DNA of 64,000 nucleotides from Felis catus (GCF_018350175.1 NC_058368.1:52640001-52704000); one strand, 5' to 3'; counted from the stretch's first letter, positions 36,894-50,615 are shown. A program made the numbers and translations. The notes: generated by a model not told the origin, from the letters alone.

Positions 36894-38314
36894 AACAAGG
36901 TAACTTCTAAAAATTGTTTCTACCTATGGGTTTATCTTTTTCTCCCTTTTCCCCCTAATTATAAAAGTATTACAAGTAAGAAAATGTACTAGGCATTAAA
37001 AAAAAAAAAAACATAAAGGAGAGGAAATCCACAGCAACTACCTTTTACAGTCAACCACTACATGTTGTATGCCTCTCACTCAATGCCCAACACCTTCTCC
37101 TACATACAGCCCAATTCATGCTGTAGTTCACTCTGACACAATCCCTGCTCTGGCTGGTCACTAAAAGTAAAAAGTGGGGCAAAGGTAAATATAGATTCAT
37201 AAAATCTCAGAGTTAGAAAGGGCCTTAAAAGACACGGTACTGAATATTGATCTACTCATTGCAACTAACTGAACTCCCGGAAAGAGCACACTCCCTTCTA
37301 AAAAACAAAGCAAAAACCACAGGTATAACAAAAACAAAACCAAATACAATAATAAGCCTCCCTATTTTAAAGACAAAGTTTACTACTATGAATATCTGGT
37401 TAAATGAATGCTAGTTTTTCTTTCTTTGTTAGAGACAAATGTTTGGTTTGTAAATGCTATAGTTGAAACAGCTGTAGTTTCTGTGAGAGAATTTTAAAGA
37501 GTGAACAAAGATCTTAAGGACATCAGCAAAAATGTTAGTGAGTTCTTGACTGTAACCACTGTGGCATAATCAAATAACCCACATATTTTTAAATGGAAAA
37601 ATTGTGTATCATGTTTTTTTAATGCGAACGGCAAAAGTGACAGCCTTAAAATTAGCTTATCAAAAATTTTTTTCTTAAGTGCAATTTTTACAATAAAGGT
37701 AAACTCAAATGAAAAAAATCAAACGACTTAAAATCGAATAATGTTACTAGATAGTAAGTCAATTATTACCAAAGGATGTCCTTGGGAACTCAGAGGCTTA
37801 CATAGGGAAAGACAAGTGACAAATAAGAAATGTTTCCCAAAATATTTATAGTTTCTTATTCTAGGTTTCAGCCTGGAATTTCAAATATAATGTCACTTTA
37901 AGATGCTACATTTGCCCCTATGTTTATTTTTAAATTATGTTTTGAAAAGAAGCAAGTTAATAAATGGTTCTGAGTTGAAGTCAAAAGGACAGCCCTAACC
38001 ATGTGTTACTTCAGAGAGAAAGCTGAAGTGCCATGAGAACTAACAACAAAGGCCAGCAATGGAGCACATGTGACAGGGACAAGCAAGCAGAAGTCACTGA
38101 TGGAGCTGGCGGTTTTCTAAAAGGTCACTGCCCTCAATTCCCCAAAGTTCCATTTCAATACTTTACAAGTCTATAATACTCTGAGTGATCAGACCTTTTT
38201 ACCATGCTAATAAGAGGCTTGTACTGGTGGGCAAACTAACAGAAATGTACAGTGAAAGCCATGGAACTGATCAATTAATTAATCAATCAATGTAATCTGT
38301 TTTTGTCTCTCTCT

Positions 38315-38435
38315 CTCTCCAATTAAAGTATAAGCTCCAGGAAAGCAGGGAGTTTGGCCATCTTATGTTTACTGCTAGCCCCCTAGAACAACTCCTGGTA
38401 TACGGTAGTCCTCATTAAATACTTCTTGAATAAAT
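38315..38435 (+). mobile_element. L2 3' end fragment
   Basis: tataagctccaggaaagcaggga...cctggtatacggtagtcctcattaaatacttcttgaataaatg. Confidence 0.6.
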
Positions 38436-38446
38436 GTTATTTTCTT

Positions 38447-38677
38447 TTTTTTTTTTTTTTTTAATTTTTTTTTTCAACGTTTATTTATTTTGGGGACAGA
38501 GAGAGACAGAGCATGAACGGGGGAGGGGCAGAGAGAGAGGGAGACACAGAATCGGAAACAGGCTCCAGGCTCTGAGCCATCAGCCCAGAGCCCGACACGG
38601 GGCTCGAACTCCCGGACCGCAAGATCGTGACCTGGCTGAAGTCGGACGCTTAACCGACTGCGCCACCCAGGCGCCCC
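38447..38677 (-). mobile_element. Young feline SINEC_Fc
   Basis: CpG-intact head ggggcgcctgggtggcgcagtcggttaagcgtccgac; long A tail; perfect 16-bp TSD taaatgttattttctt. Confidence 0.95.
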
Positions 38678-40079
38678 TAAATGTTATTTTCTTACTTTAA
38701 GATGCATCAATGCCTGACACAGCAAGACAGAGCCAACACCGCAGGACAGGATGGGCCGAAGGTCCATGGGCCTCTATTACATGTAAGTATTATGAGTTGT
38801 TATATTACTAAATTGAATGTTTCATACTTTGGACTGTTTTTCTTTCTTTTTTTTTTTTCACTGACAGCAAAGAAAGCAACAGAGGACAACATATACACAG
38901 TACAGTTTTGTGGGTTTTTTGTTTTGTTTTTTACTACAGGTTTGCCATCTTATACTGCTCCTTCCAAAACAAAAAACAAAAAAACAAACAAAAACAAAAA
39001 ACAAAAAAAACTTGCACTTCAACCTTAGCAAAAGAATGGAAACATATAAGACTTTGACATAGTTATTGGGAATTTTTAGCTTACAAAGGTATCTATATTA
39101 AATTTGGCAAAGAGAAATTAATCAAGTCATATAGAAATAACAATTAGGACTGCATATCTGATGCGATACTTCCATAAAAGAAGACAATGAAGATAATGGC
39201 TTATTTAACTTTGGGTTTTAATACTCTGATTCACACTAATTCCAGATATTTCCAGAGTACATAACATTAAATGAATCAATGCCAAGGCAAGCCGGAGGGA
39301 ATTCTAACATCATTTACCATACTTCCTTTTCCTGAGCAAATTTCAAAATGGAGTATTTTTATAAACATTCCATTAGAGACCAAAAGGCTTTGATTTTCAA
39401 AGTAGCAGTGATGGCCAAAGGCTTCATTATGTCAGAGAAAACCTCGTAAAGCAGTGTGGGAGCTGCAACTGATATACCAGAAGTATGTTCTGCTAGAATC
39501 TAGGAGAAGCTTAAAGGATTTTTCAGCTTGCAATGCTAACTGATATATACATTCTGGATTAGAGCTCCTTGTCCAAAAAGCTACAGAGGTGCAAGATTGT
39601 TCCTGTCCCTATTAGCAGTAAGAGAGATGAAAGTCCTATTGGTTTGACCTCTGAGGTATTATAGAGTAGAGCGTCTTTAACAATGAAAAGTTCCTCAGTC
39701 CGCATTTTCTCATAGCCCATCACACAGGAGTAGTAAGATGTGCTCAAAGTACCAAAAGACCTAACCTCTAGTGCTATGCTGCCATTAACTATTTGTGAAA
39801 ACTTGAGCAATTAACTTTGCGTCTCTAGTTCTCAATGGCATCCCCAGAAAAGGGATAAATGCATCAAGCCCAATGGGTTGCTGAGACCACTAAACTTCAG
39901 AAACATCTTCAGGACACAGGGCGACACCAGGGAGGTGAATCTACCTGCCTCCCATGTATCTTTGATTTCACATCTTTCCCTTACTTGCTCGCTGAGGTAG
40001 TAACTGTAAAAGAAAGTGAAAGCAATCTTTGGATCTGGATCAGCTTTTATAATCTGGCCTACATGACAGTTTTCCAGCA

Positions 40080-41105
40080 TAGATATCCTTGCTGTACATG
40101 GTTCTTATATGCGTAAATTTCAGTTGCCACAGTTCAGTTAAGTAACCCCAGTCACTTAACAATGTCGTTCACACTTACCACATTATATTAGCTGTGATTA
40201 ACTGCATGAAACTGCATAAAATAAAAATCTCACTACTCGCTTTTCAGTTCACAAAACACTACATAAATAACAGATGTGCATCAGTGACCAATCAGGTCAC
40301 TTCTTTCAAAGTCTGAAAGTGACTGGTCAGTCTGCATCTGTTATTCAGTTCACATACAGACAGTAAAACATGTAGTGCTGCCACATACATTTTACAAGGA
40401 TGAATAATCAAAAGACAGAACTGGCCAACAAAAACGGTGGACCAAAGAAATGTAAAGTGATCAATGCTAGAAGTAAAACTGGATCCATTTGTAAATGTAG
40501 TTACTGAAGATCTGACCACAGAAATGTTGAAACTGTCACTATTTGAGAGACCCTAGCAATGCCAGAGGAACTTGGGAGCAGCAAACTTATTGACATAAAT
40601 AAGAAAAGTAGTTGTGATGAAAAGAATAAAGATGTCTAGAGGAAGTGACAGGCTGGTAAAAAACTTCACATTAAGGCAATATGGAGATATTTCACGACAT
40701 TGAAAGCATTAAGGATAAAATGTTGGGAGCTGATGCAAACTTAGGAGTATGGCAATTCGTCAAGGCATCAGAAAAGATACTGGCTTCATATCGTAAGTTA
40801 TGATACAAAGACCAGCACTATTCAGATTATTCTCCACGGGTTTTTTTTACAAAGAAATACCTTAATTTGCAATGTTTCTAATGTTTTAAATTGTACTGTG
40901 TAAATATTAACACACTAATTAGTTTTACTATTTATTTCCATATACATTTATAACTGATAATAAGAGATTTAATGTTTTGACAAAAATTATCAAAGTTTAT
41001 AAAGCAACTTGGTTTACTCATTGATGATTAAGATTGCTTTTCATGGTTTTAACCTGAATAGCCTTTTTGTGGTCATACACAACTGTGCAAAGTGAGGATC
41101 ACCTA
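40080..41105 (+). mobile_element. Ancient Tigger/pogo-type DNA transposon remnant (Tigger13a-like; subfamily uncertain)
   Basis: Degenerate terminal inverted repeat (..gtgcaaagtgaggatcacct) and decayed transposase-like core (gaggaacttggg...gacattgaaagcattaaggataaaatgttgggagctgatgcaaac). Confidence 0.55.
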
Positions 41106-41160
41106 TACTAAAGGAACAGTTGATATGTAAGAAAACCAAGTAAACTTATGAGTCTTGAAA

Positions 41161-41368
41161 TTTTTTTTTGATTTATTTATTTTTGATAGAGAGAGACAGA
41201 GCACAAGTGAGGGAGGGGCAGAGACAGAAGGAGACACAGAAACTGAAGCAGGCTCCAGGCTCCGAGCTGTCAGCACAGAGCCCGATGTGGGGCTCGAACT
41301 CACAAACTGTGAGATCATGACCTGAGCTGAAGTCGAACACTCAACCGACTGAGCCACCCAGGCGCCCC
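41161..41368 (-). mobile_element. CAN-SINE (SINEC_Fc-like)
   Basis: Full head, CT segment and tail; TSD agtctYgaaatttt. Confidence 0.92.
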
Positions 41369-41977
41369 AGTCTCGAAATTTTTTTAAAATACCACTTACT
41401 TACCCTAAAAAAGAATAACCCATTCACAGGGGGAATTTTATTGTAGAGTTGCCTGTCTATATAACTGCCAATTGCATATCTTCTCATTCTGAGTTTTAGA
41501 TATTAGAAAAATATCTTATTTTAAACAGAGGAGAGGTAGGGTTTGGAAGGGAAGAACATCCCATTATTTCTTTCCCATTCCTAAGTATTTTCTTCTAAAG
41601 CAAAATTCACCAGTGAGAGATTCCTTAAATTTGCAAACTCCTGTCTTTGATTACACATAACTTAAGTGAGTAGCTTGTAACATGAGCTCTTCAGGAACAT
41701 GAGTTTTGACAGGAGTGGGAAGAACAGGGAGAGGCCCAAGTACTGTGTTCTGCCTTGTGCTTATGTGTGCAGGGTGGGTAAAGGGGCATATTTCAAGGAA
41801 AGAGGGCAGAGAGGACCAGGACTGTAAGAAGCTCAAAACTGTATATGGTGGTAGGGGCCTTTCTCTCACCTGCTTCCAAAGGGTCATCTCTGTGTTCACC
41901 CATATCTATCTAACTCTTGTGTATGTGTCAGGAGGACGGTGGGGAGCATTCTGTCTTTAAACTACTAGGGATGGTGG

Positions 41978-42192
41978 GGGGCGCCTGGGTGGCTCAGTTG
42001 GTTAAATGTCCGACTTCGGCTCAGGTCATGATCTTGCAGTTTGTGAGTTCAAGCCCCGTGTCAGGCTCTGTACTGACAGCAAGCTCAGAGCCTGGAGGCT
42101 GCTCTGGATTCTGTCTCCCTTTCTCTCTGCCCCTCCCATGCTCACACTCTGTCTCTGTCTCTCTCAATAATAAATAAACATTAAAAAAAAAA
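41978..42192 (+). mobile_element. CAN-SINE, first of a tandem pair
   Basis: Full element flanked by taaactactaggga. Confidence 0.92.
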
Positions 42193-42209
42193 TTTAAACT
42201 ACTAGGGAA

Positions 42210-42431
42210 GGGGCGCCTGGGTGGCTCTGTTGGTTAAGTGTCTGACTTCAGCTCAGATCATGATTTCATGGTTTGTGGTTCGAGCCCTGTGCCGGGCTCT
42301 GTGCTAACAGCTCAGAGCCTGGAGCCTGCTTTGGATTCTGTGTCTCCCTCTCTCTCTGTCCCTCCCCCACTCGTACTCTGTCTCTGTCTCTCAAAAATAA
42401 ATAAACATTAAAAAAATTTTTTTAAATACAA
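42210..42431 (+). mobile_element. CAN-SINE, second of a tandem pair
   Basis: Full element flanked by taaactactaggga. Confidence 0.92.
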
Positions 42432-42942
42432 TAAACTACTAGGGAAGCTCTAGGAAGTGGCCTATGCATTTTTATCTGCTGCTGAGCTGTGTGACTTGCC
42501 AGTATTTCTTCAAGAGTTTTCTTTTTAAAGTTAAATACTCCGTTATGAAAATGCTATATTCTTAGAGAATTTATTCATCATAAAAGTATGGTCTATGGCC
42601 AATCCTAGACACACAAGTTGGTCCCACAAAAATACATTAAAAATATGAGGCAGACTGAGAGAACAGGAAGCATTCTTCCCTCCAGAAGACTCAAGACAAC
42701 ATTTCTGTTTTCTGGACCATCATCAAATAAAGAAAGAAAGAAACAGCCCATCATCAAATAAATAAATAAATGAAGTGAACTTTTATGATGGAATTTACCA
42801 TGAGTAAATGTAATTATAGTAATTCTTTAACAGTAGCCTGATGACTACTGACAATGATGGTGACAAAAATAACAGCAGCAGCCACTATTTATTAAATGTT
42901 TACTTGGATCAAGCACATTGCTATATGCTTGTTATAGAAGAT

Positions 42943-43176
42943 CTTTTTTTTTTAATGTTTATTTATTTATTTTGAGAAAAAAAGAGAGGTAGAGAGAACA
43001 TGAAGTAGAGGGGCAGAGAGAAAGAGAAAGGGGGGGGGGGAGAGAGAATCCCAAGCAGGTTCTCTGCTCTCAGTGCAGAGCCTGATGTGGGGCTTGATCT
43101 CATGAATTGTGAGATCATGACCTGAGTCAAAAATCAAGAGTCTGGCACTTAACCAACTGAGCCACCCAGAAGCCCC
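42943..43176 (-). mobile_element. Older CAN-SINE
   Basis: Head, CT-rich region and poly-A tail on the minus strand. Confidence 0.85.
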
Positions 43177-43695
43177 TATCTTTTGAATTGAATTGTTATG
43201 TCAACCTTGTGAAAAATGATGTTATTTTGATTTTAAAGATAAGAAATGAGAAGCTTAAAAAGACTGTCTCTTGTTCAAGGATAGGATTTGAATTCAAGTC
43301 TGAGTCCAAATACCATGTCTGAAATCACATGAAGTGCTTGAACATGAGATTCCTTCTTAAGTAATATAAGCACCTGTTTATGTTATAAAGTAATGTAAAA
43401 CACAAGCTAGGTTTGCTGAGCACACAGTTTGTACGTACAGTTAAGAACACTGCTGTAATATTTATTAATACATGCATTTTCTAATAAAACATGGTGAGGA
43501 AATACAGAAAGATACAGGAAGTCATGCAGATATGTATGCACAAAATTTATAAATATTTATCAAACACCGACTATGTTCTAGATACAAGCTCAAGAATATT
43601 TTGTAACTTCCAAAGATCATTCGTTAAAGTGGCCTTTCAGGAAACTATAGCACAGACATCACCCTGGCAAATGCCAACCCAAAGACAGTGGCTAT

Positions 43696-43881
43696 TTTTT
43701 TTTTTAAGTTTATTTATTTATTTTGAGAGACAAAAAGAGAGACAGAGACAAAGAACCCCAAACAGGCTCTGCGCTGACAGCACAGAGCCCAATGCAGGGC
43801 TCAATTTCACGAACCTTGAGATCATGATCTGAGGCGAAACCAAGAGTCAGACACTTAACCGACTGAGCTACTCAGGTTCCC
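43696..43881 (-). mobile_element. Older CAN-SINE
   Basis: Diverged head and tail; TSD gtggctatttt. Confidence 0.82.
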
Positions 43882-46124
43882 AAAAGAGGGTGGCTATTTT
43901 AACCTGAGATATGAAGACTAAGTCTGAACCAGAACCACAAATTTGAAAGCTCCATCTTTAAGTGTGCTAACTACAGAAAGTATACATGATCATCTTTCTA
44001 CCTCATGCATAATCAGCAGGCATCTTCAACTGTAAGGAAACAGTGCTACTTATGTGAAATGAGCAAAATTTTAAATGCAAAAATTTAGGGCCCAAACATC
44101 ACATAGGTACTGGTCTCAGGGTCTAATATCAAGGCATTAAAAAAAAAAAAAAAAAGTACAAACTATATTATGCTGCATCTTAGTTATAGCACAGAATAGA
44201 AAGTGCTTCAACATTTGCAAGAATAAAGAAGTCACAATTTCCCCCTTAAAGAGGTGACATGGAAAGTGGAACCAGATAAAGAAATAAGGCCTGTGCAGCC
44301 ATCCTTCTTCCCTTTACCTCCCAAAAGTACTGTTTAAAGATTAAGGCACAGTCTGCTTTGTAAGCTTTCAAACAGAGAGCAGAGTTTTGAAATAACAGCT
44401 CATATTATTAACACAATTTTAAAGGAAGTTTCGTGTGTGCATGTTTATTAAACTAACCATGCATTTGTAGTTAGAAATCGTGATGCTGAAAATTCTTGCT
44501 GAGATACCTAGAAATTCTTAACACAAATAATCCTAGTGTTGGGCTGCATATGTAAATTGAAGAGGAACAGAGTCCCTTTTGTAGTCTTTAGAAAGGGCTG
44601 ACCCATATATATTTAACTGCCTGTGTTGGATAAAACTACTCTTTTTACTGTGGAGTAAATTCCATTTTATTTAGCAAATATATTTCATTTCAATTCCACA
44701 CAGAAATGCCCCAATTTTCTGCCCCAAAGGAAAAGATCAGCCTTGAAGTTTACGGGACATCAGTGGGGATCCCAATCTTTTGTGGAAGGAAACAACCTAC
44801 GACATGCTATTTCCTAGCTTGTTACACAGTTCCGAAAGGAATAAAGGACTTGTATCTTTTCTTAAAATATAATAACCTAAACAACAGCAAAATTTCAATA
44901 GTATAAGAGAACAACTATTGTTACATGAAAAAAGCATAATTAAAAATCTCTGGACTAGTAACTACCTATACATTTTTCACTACAGTTAAATAGTTAAATC
45001 ATTCTCTCACCAGGAGGAACAATCTAAAACAAAACAAAACAACACAAAAAACTGTGATCCAGCCGCCTTGTAATTATTATTCATTCTGACGACAGTTACT
45101 GAGGACTAAAGTATGCTGAAGGGCCATGAGAAAGGAAAACAAAAGGAGCAGAAGACGTTCTCCTTGTTCTCAAGCATTTCACAATCTTCCTGACAACTGT
45201 ACTGCTTAGTCATTAGCATGCATTGCAGGCTCCTAAAATATCTTATCAATACAATAAAGACAAGTTGACAGAAAACTGCAGTAACTGTCCATCCCCAATT
45301 AGCTGAGTACCCAGAGAAGGGCCCCTCAGGCGGCTGAGGGGCCTGAGCACACCTGGCTGTCACAGTCTGGCCCCAGGGTATCATCAGGCTCCCATGACAG
45401 TCTACAAGCTCCCCTTCCGGGAAAACCAAAGGGCATAGCAGAATCAGTCATCAGATCAGGCTAGGGTCAAATACCAGGAATCATGGTGTTTGTCAGAGCA
45501 GAATCATGAGAAGCAAAAAAGGCCAGAATAGGTCAAGAAGGGACAACAGCCAAGGCCAATAAGACCAGAGGTGTTGCTGAGGAAGCCGAAAGGCAGGAGA
45601 AATCTGAGTGGTACTGGCATGTCTGGAGACAGTTTAGGAAGAGCAGAACTGTGAACCAAAAAGGAGCCTCAGCTCAGACTCAGCATGGAGACAGGTTGGA
45701 TATGCTCAGTTCGAGTACAGAGACTCAAACAAATCTTGTCCAGGAGCCCAGCAACATGGCCTCCTCCTTTCCCCTTTCTTACTCCCAATCTCTAGTACAA
45801 CTTTGGAGAACTTCAGGAAATCCTTCTGCTCTCCTCATTTGGAGAAAATGCCAAGAATCTTGGATTTCCTATCCTTATAAACTCTTTGTACTTTAAGCTT
45901 CAAGAAAGCTCAAAATCTTAATTCCCTGGTTAGTTCCCTCCAAGATGCTGATGGAATATTACAGTATAAGGACTCCTTCCATCTGCCAGGCTCCACAGAA
46001 GGACATACACACACACATATACACACACACACAGACACATCTTCACATACATGTATTTTACACAGATACATATATGCGTGCATTTTTAAAAATATGTTTT
46101 AGCTTTAAGAAGCTAGGCGGTAGA

Positions 46125-46337
46125 GGGGCGCCTGGGTGACTCAGTCGGTTGAGTGTCCGACTTTGGCCCAGGTCATGATTCCGCACTTCGTGGGCTCTAC
46201 CCCTACGTCGGGCTCTGTGCCTACAGCTCAGAGCCTGGAGTCTGCTTCAGATTCTGTGTCTCCCTCTTTCTCTGTCCCTCTCCCACTCTATCTATCTGTC
46301 TCCCCAAAGTAAACAAACATTAAAAAAAAAAAAAAAA
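46125..46337 (+). mobile_element. CAN-SINE (SINEC_Fc-like)
   Basis: Full element; 18-bp TSD aagaagctaggYggtaga. Confidence 0.92.
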
Positions 46338-47454
46338 AAGAAGCTAGGTGGTAGATTAACAGCATGCCAGTCATGGAACTGCTCACTATACCATGTGATC
46401 CCTAATAATATAAGAAGAATGGAAATAAGAGGAAAGTATTCCCCCTATGTTAGGAAATCATGGAGGGCTTCAGAGACAGAGTGACAACTGGGGAGGAATT
46501 AACCAGGCAGAATGAAAAAGGAGAGACTAAAGGGGAGGACCAGTGAAGGTAAAGGAAAAGGCATGAGCAAAGCTGCAAGGCTATGTCACACCATGGTGAA
46601 TGTGGGCCCCGTGAGTAATTCGGCATGGACAAAGGCTAGAGAGGACAGAAAAAGGCCAAAGCTCAAGTCATATTGTAAAGAGCCTCACATACTTACTAAG
46701 AAATTTGAGGACAATGGGGAATCATCAAAGGTTATTACGCAAGGGAGTGAGGTGATCAAATTTATATTCTCGAATTCTGGCAACAAAAAGGCAGATGATT
46801 GAGAGTTGAGAGTGGAAAGAAGAGCAATCAGTTGGAATGCTGTTTAAAACAGGCTAAGCAAGAAATCAGGTGGATCTAAACTAGCAGGATGAGGAGATGG
46901 ATTACATAGACATTTAAGAGGTAGGCTAGAAAGAATATACTGAACAATTAGGCGTAGGATGAGGAGACAGGGTAGAGAAACATAGAGGGCTGAAGTTTTT
47001 ATCTTAGGCTACCAGATAAGTAGTAAAGCCGTTAAGGAGGATAGGAAGAAAGTAAGAGGATAAACAATCTTTTGAGTGAATGGATAATGGATACAATTAT
47101 CTAGACACATACCTCTATTAGTTCTTGGTGCTACATATTGTTTCAAGGCCATAAAATTATTTCTGTTAATCCTCCCAAGAACACATCACCCACATTTTAC
47201 ATAAAGAAAATGATGGCTCCAAGGGATTAAGTAATTTATTGAACGTTATTTATCTATTCATTTAATTATTCAACAAATATTTATCGGGCACCTTTTAGGT
47301 GCTGGCGCTTGCAAGTGAAGGAAATAGGCAGCAGAGCTTAGAGTTTAGAATGGAGGAGACAGACAACAAACAGACCAAGCAAGTAAACAAACAAGATAAA
47401 TTCAGACTGATAAGGGCTAGGAAGACAAAAATTCTATAACCTTGGTTCAGCATT

Positions 47455-47685
47455 AGCTGTGGGCTCTGTTACAAGGGCATTTCAAGTTTTAATTCATTTA
47501 ACCCTTACTACAACCTATAAGATCAGTACTACTATTGGCCTCATTTCACAGAAGACAAAAAACGGAACTACAAAAAGGTTAACTATCTTCCCCCAAATCA
47601 CAAAGCTAGTAAGTAGACAAAACCAGAGTTCAATCCTAGGGAGTCTGGTTCTGGAGCCTGTGCTCATAATCACATGCTATCCTGC
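47455..47685 (-). mobile_element. MIR embedded in L2-like decayed sequence (~46440-48400)
   Basis: Reverse MIR core (ctcatttcacagaagac...aaatcacaaagctagtaagt...gagttcaatcctagggagtctgg). Confidence 0.65.
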
Positions 47686-49796
47686 TTCACCATGCCATGA
47701 CTGTATTACTATGGTATCCCAATAAGACAGGGTAAGGAAGTAGGAGGTACGAAAGCAGAATGCTTCTTTAGAATGAATGATCAGGAAAGGCCTCTCTGAA
47801 TCCGATGACAGAATGAGTCAGCCATATAAAGATCTGAAAACAGAACATTCTAAGCAGAGAGAAAAAGTCCAGCATGTTTCAGAAACACAAAAAGGCCAAA
47901 ATGGCTGGAGCAGGATGAGCTGGGGGAATGGGAATGAGAATGAGAAGCGGAACAGGCAAACATTGACTAGTTTGTGAAGAAACGGATTGTATTTCAGGAA
48001 AAAACTGGACAGTTTTAGGTAGGAGACTTATATAATTTGATTTATGTTTTATAAAAAGACAATTTCAAGTATGGTGAAAATGAATTGGGTAGGGAAAGGA
48101 CGGGCAGAGTGGAAACAGGGAAATCTGAAGCCACGTAATCTGTCTCCAGAACTAAGCATTTATTTAAACACTATGCTTTCTGGTGAATTTAAGGTATAGG
48201 ATCTTGGGTGAAGGTACAAAATAGACAGATGGGAATACGAATGTACAGCTAAGGAAAAAAGTTGAGGCCAAACAAAGATTAGATTTTATTTTATAATCTC
48301 TGACATACAGGTAGATGATTATTAAAGCCACGGGTGTAAATGAGATGACTCAAGGAACACAAATACAGCAAAATGGGAAGAAAGCCGAGGTCATCATCTG
48401 TGAAATCTATTCTTTCCTCTTCAGAGCATTTTTTTTCTTATACTAATAACAGGAAATACTGCTCACTATCCAGAGAGTGTCTGGAGCCTTTATCTTCCCT
48501 CAGGAGGAGCAGGGGCATGGGGGAAGATTGGTCCATAATGACAAGCCTTGGGGTTGCTATGCAGTAAAAGAGCTGCATGCAGGGAAACTTTATCAAATCC
48601 ATAGATCTCACTAAAGACACAATGACAAGAACACATAACATTCCTGAATACATATTTATAGAAAGGAAAGCCATTAATCCAATTATAACCAAGTTTTATA
48701 TTAATGACCTATGGAGTTTTAAAGTAAGTTAGGAGCTGAGGGCAAGAACTGGTGCTCCACTAAAGCCTCATACTAGTGGGCACAACCTCTGCCTAGTGTA
48801 CCTAGAGGGGGGGAAAAAAAGGCACAACAGAACAGAGAGATCTCAGAGAGAGGGCATGAAACTTTCAAATGCTTTACAAGTCAATTTTTCATATCTCTTC
48901 AAGCTAAAAAACAAAAACAAAAAACACTAAGGAACTCCTAACTCTATCAAGGACAACTCTCCATTTCTGGGCACGGTTTAGGGACAGTAACTGAAGCCAA
49001 GGAATTTAGGAACATGAGAAATGTAATACTAAGGTTTTCCCTTCAGCTTCTTCTCATTCTTGTTATTTCTTACCACATAGAGGTGTGACACTCTTGGTGT
49101 TCCCCACTAATTAGGAGACTAAGAACAGGCCTTTCTGTTTAAAGCACAGAGGTGATGGATATTGTGGAGTCATGCTAACCAGCTATTTAAGTGGGGGTGA
49201 TGACAGTCACAATGACAAGATGTGCAAATTACATACCTCTACACCTTCTGCTCTGGTAAGTTTGAGAACGAAGCCACCATGCTTCTTGAGCGTAATTGCA
49301 GCCACTACTGGAGACAAGGGACTGGAGCTAAAGGGACTACTTAATATTCCTAACAGCTCAAGCTGTTTCCTCTAGCTCAGAATGCCTTCCTCCTCACGGA
49401 ACTCTCCATCCTTCAAAGCTAGGCTCAAGTCCTGTCTCTCTGATAAAGACTCACCCACTGCTGTCTCATATTTTTTGAACTCATATTGCTGTCTTTGCTA
49501 TTTGGTTTAGTATGTTCAGTCTTTATTCATTTCACGTATTTTTGTTTCTTGCCTTTATTAGATTATGAGCTTCCTAGAGGCAGGGACCAGGTTTCATTGG
49601 TTTTATTTACTTATTTTTTTTATTGTAACGATGTTCAGGCATTCACAGAAGTAGACAGAATAATATAACCAATCCCCACATACTCATCACTTACATTCAA
49701 CAGTTATCAAGATTTTGCCTCACTCCCCTTATTTGTACATCCCTTTTTTCTGCTATTAAAATATTCTATGGTCCGTATTTTAGTGTGCTTTTCTTC

Positions 49797-49936
49797 CTTT
49801 TTTTTTTTTTAATTTAAGAAAGCTCCATGCCCAGCATGGAGCCCAACACGGGGCTTGAAGTCACGACCCCTAAGTTCAAGACCTGAGCTGAGATCAAGTG
49901 TAGGCTGCTTAACCGACTGAGCCACCAAGGCACTCC
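49797..49936 (-). mobile_element. Short CAN-SINE lacking the CT-rich segment
   Basis: tRNA-like head joined directly to the A tail; TSD tagtRtgcttttct. Confidence 0.8.
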
Positions 49937-50123
49937 TAGTATGCTTTTCTAAAAGAAAATACGGACATTTTCTTAAGTAACCACAATACCTAAACAAAAT
50001 TAACAGCAACCCCTTGGTATTACTGAATATCTAGTTCATACTCAAATTTACCCAACTGCCTCAAAAATGTCTTGTTATTAATCAATATCCAAACAAGATC
50101 CATATACTGCATCTAATTATTAT

Positions 50124-50355
50124 TATTATTTTTTTTAAAATTTTTTTTTTCAACGTTTATTTACTTTTTTGGGACAGAGAGAGACAGAGCATGAACGGGG
50201 GAGAGGCAGAGAGAGAGGGAGACACAGAATTGGAAACAGGCTCCAGGCTCGGAGCCATCAGCCCAGAGCCTGACGCGGGGCTCGAACTCACGGACCGCGA
50301 GATCGTGACCTGGCTGAAGTCGGATGCTTAACCGACTGCGCCACCCAGGCGCCCC
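50124..50355 (-). mobile_element. Young feline SINEC_Fc
   Basis: Near-identical to the 38447 copy; perfect TSD tactgcatctaattattat. Confidence 0.95.
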
Positions 50356-50409
50356 TACTGCATCTAATTATTATGTGAGGCAGACCTCCCCTTCTTATTT
50401 TGCCAATGA

Positions 50410-50615
50410 TTTTTTTTTAAGTTTATTTGTTTTTGAGAGAGAAAGAGAGAACGTGTGAGTGGGAGAGGGGCACTGAGACAGGGGGACAGAAGATCTGAAG
50501 CAGACTCCGTGCTGAGAGCAGAGAGACCGACACAGGGCTAGAACTCATAAACTATGACACCATGACCTAAGCCGAAGTAGGACGCTTAACCAACTGAGTC
50601 CCCCAAGCACCACCC
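50410..50615 (-). mobile_element. Older CAN-SINE
   Basis: Diverged element; TSD ttgccaatgattt. Confidence 0.82.
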
